This document shows, in pieces, positions 63,885 through 64,000 of a stretch of 64,000 bases of DNA. Positions within the stretch are counted from its first letter, which is position 1, and each line of letters begins with the position of its first letter. Where the stretch lies: positions 11,577,149-11,641,148 of the forward strand of contig JAHRHZ010000058.1 in the NCBI GenBank assembly GCA_024137785.1, written 5' to 3'. The notes beneath the pieces are model-generated. The model searched no databases. It saw nothing but the letters and a program-made list of their open reading frames with translations, and was not told where the DNA came from. Source of the DNA: Ginglymostoma cirratum. Lineage: Eukaryota. The position numbers and the translations under genes were made by a program.

Positions 63885-64000
63885 ACCTCTTCTGAGCTGG
63901 TAATTTGGATACAAAATTGGCTTGGTCACAGAGGGTAGTTGTGGGGGGTTGTTTTTTTTCCTGGCTGGAGGTCTGTGACCAGTGATATTCCACAAGGCGT
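63885..64000 (+). mobile_element. CR1 RT fragment running off the window
   Basis: WIQNWL...WRSVTSDIPQG (GVPQG-like). Confidence 0.7.

Overview
Vertebrate genomic DNA, probably from a shark or other cartilaginous fish, judged by the repeat content (CR1 and L2 LINE fragments, HE1/V-SINE and SacSINE1/Deu-type SINEs, Penelope-like elements, Gypsy remnants). The ORF track contains no intact long gene. Positions 1-37100 look like one large repeat-littered intron. From 37105 to 63752 the + strand carries 22 micro-exon candidates (27-81 nt), read by eye from AG/GT(GC) boundaries. Twenty are intact, phase 1-1 and a multiple of 3 long; two are damaged. They encode Ser/Thr/Pro-rich mucin-like peptides with N-glycosylation sequons. 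Most arose by tandem duplication of exon+intron units (periods about 2.7, 1.24 and 0.98 kb). The layout is: very long upstream intron, 30-nt exon, mucin cassette exons, then a 27-nt exon ending in Cys. This resembles the variable N-terminal region of PTPRC/CD45 (mammalian exons 3-8), but with about 18-20 cassettes rather than three variable exons. The gene assignment is inferred from architecture only, because no signal-peptide, FN3 or phosphatase exon is in the window. Repeat boundaries are approximate.
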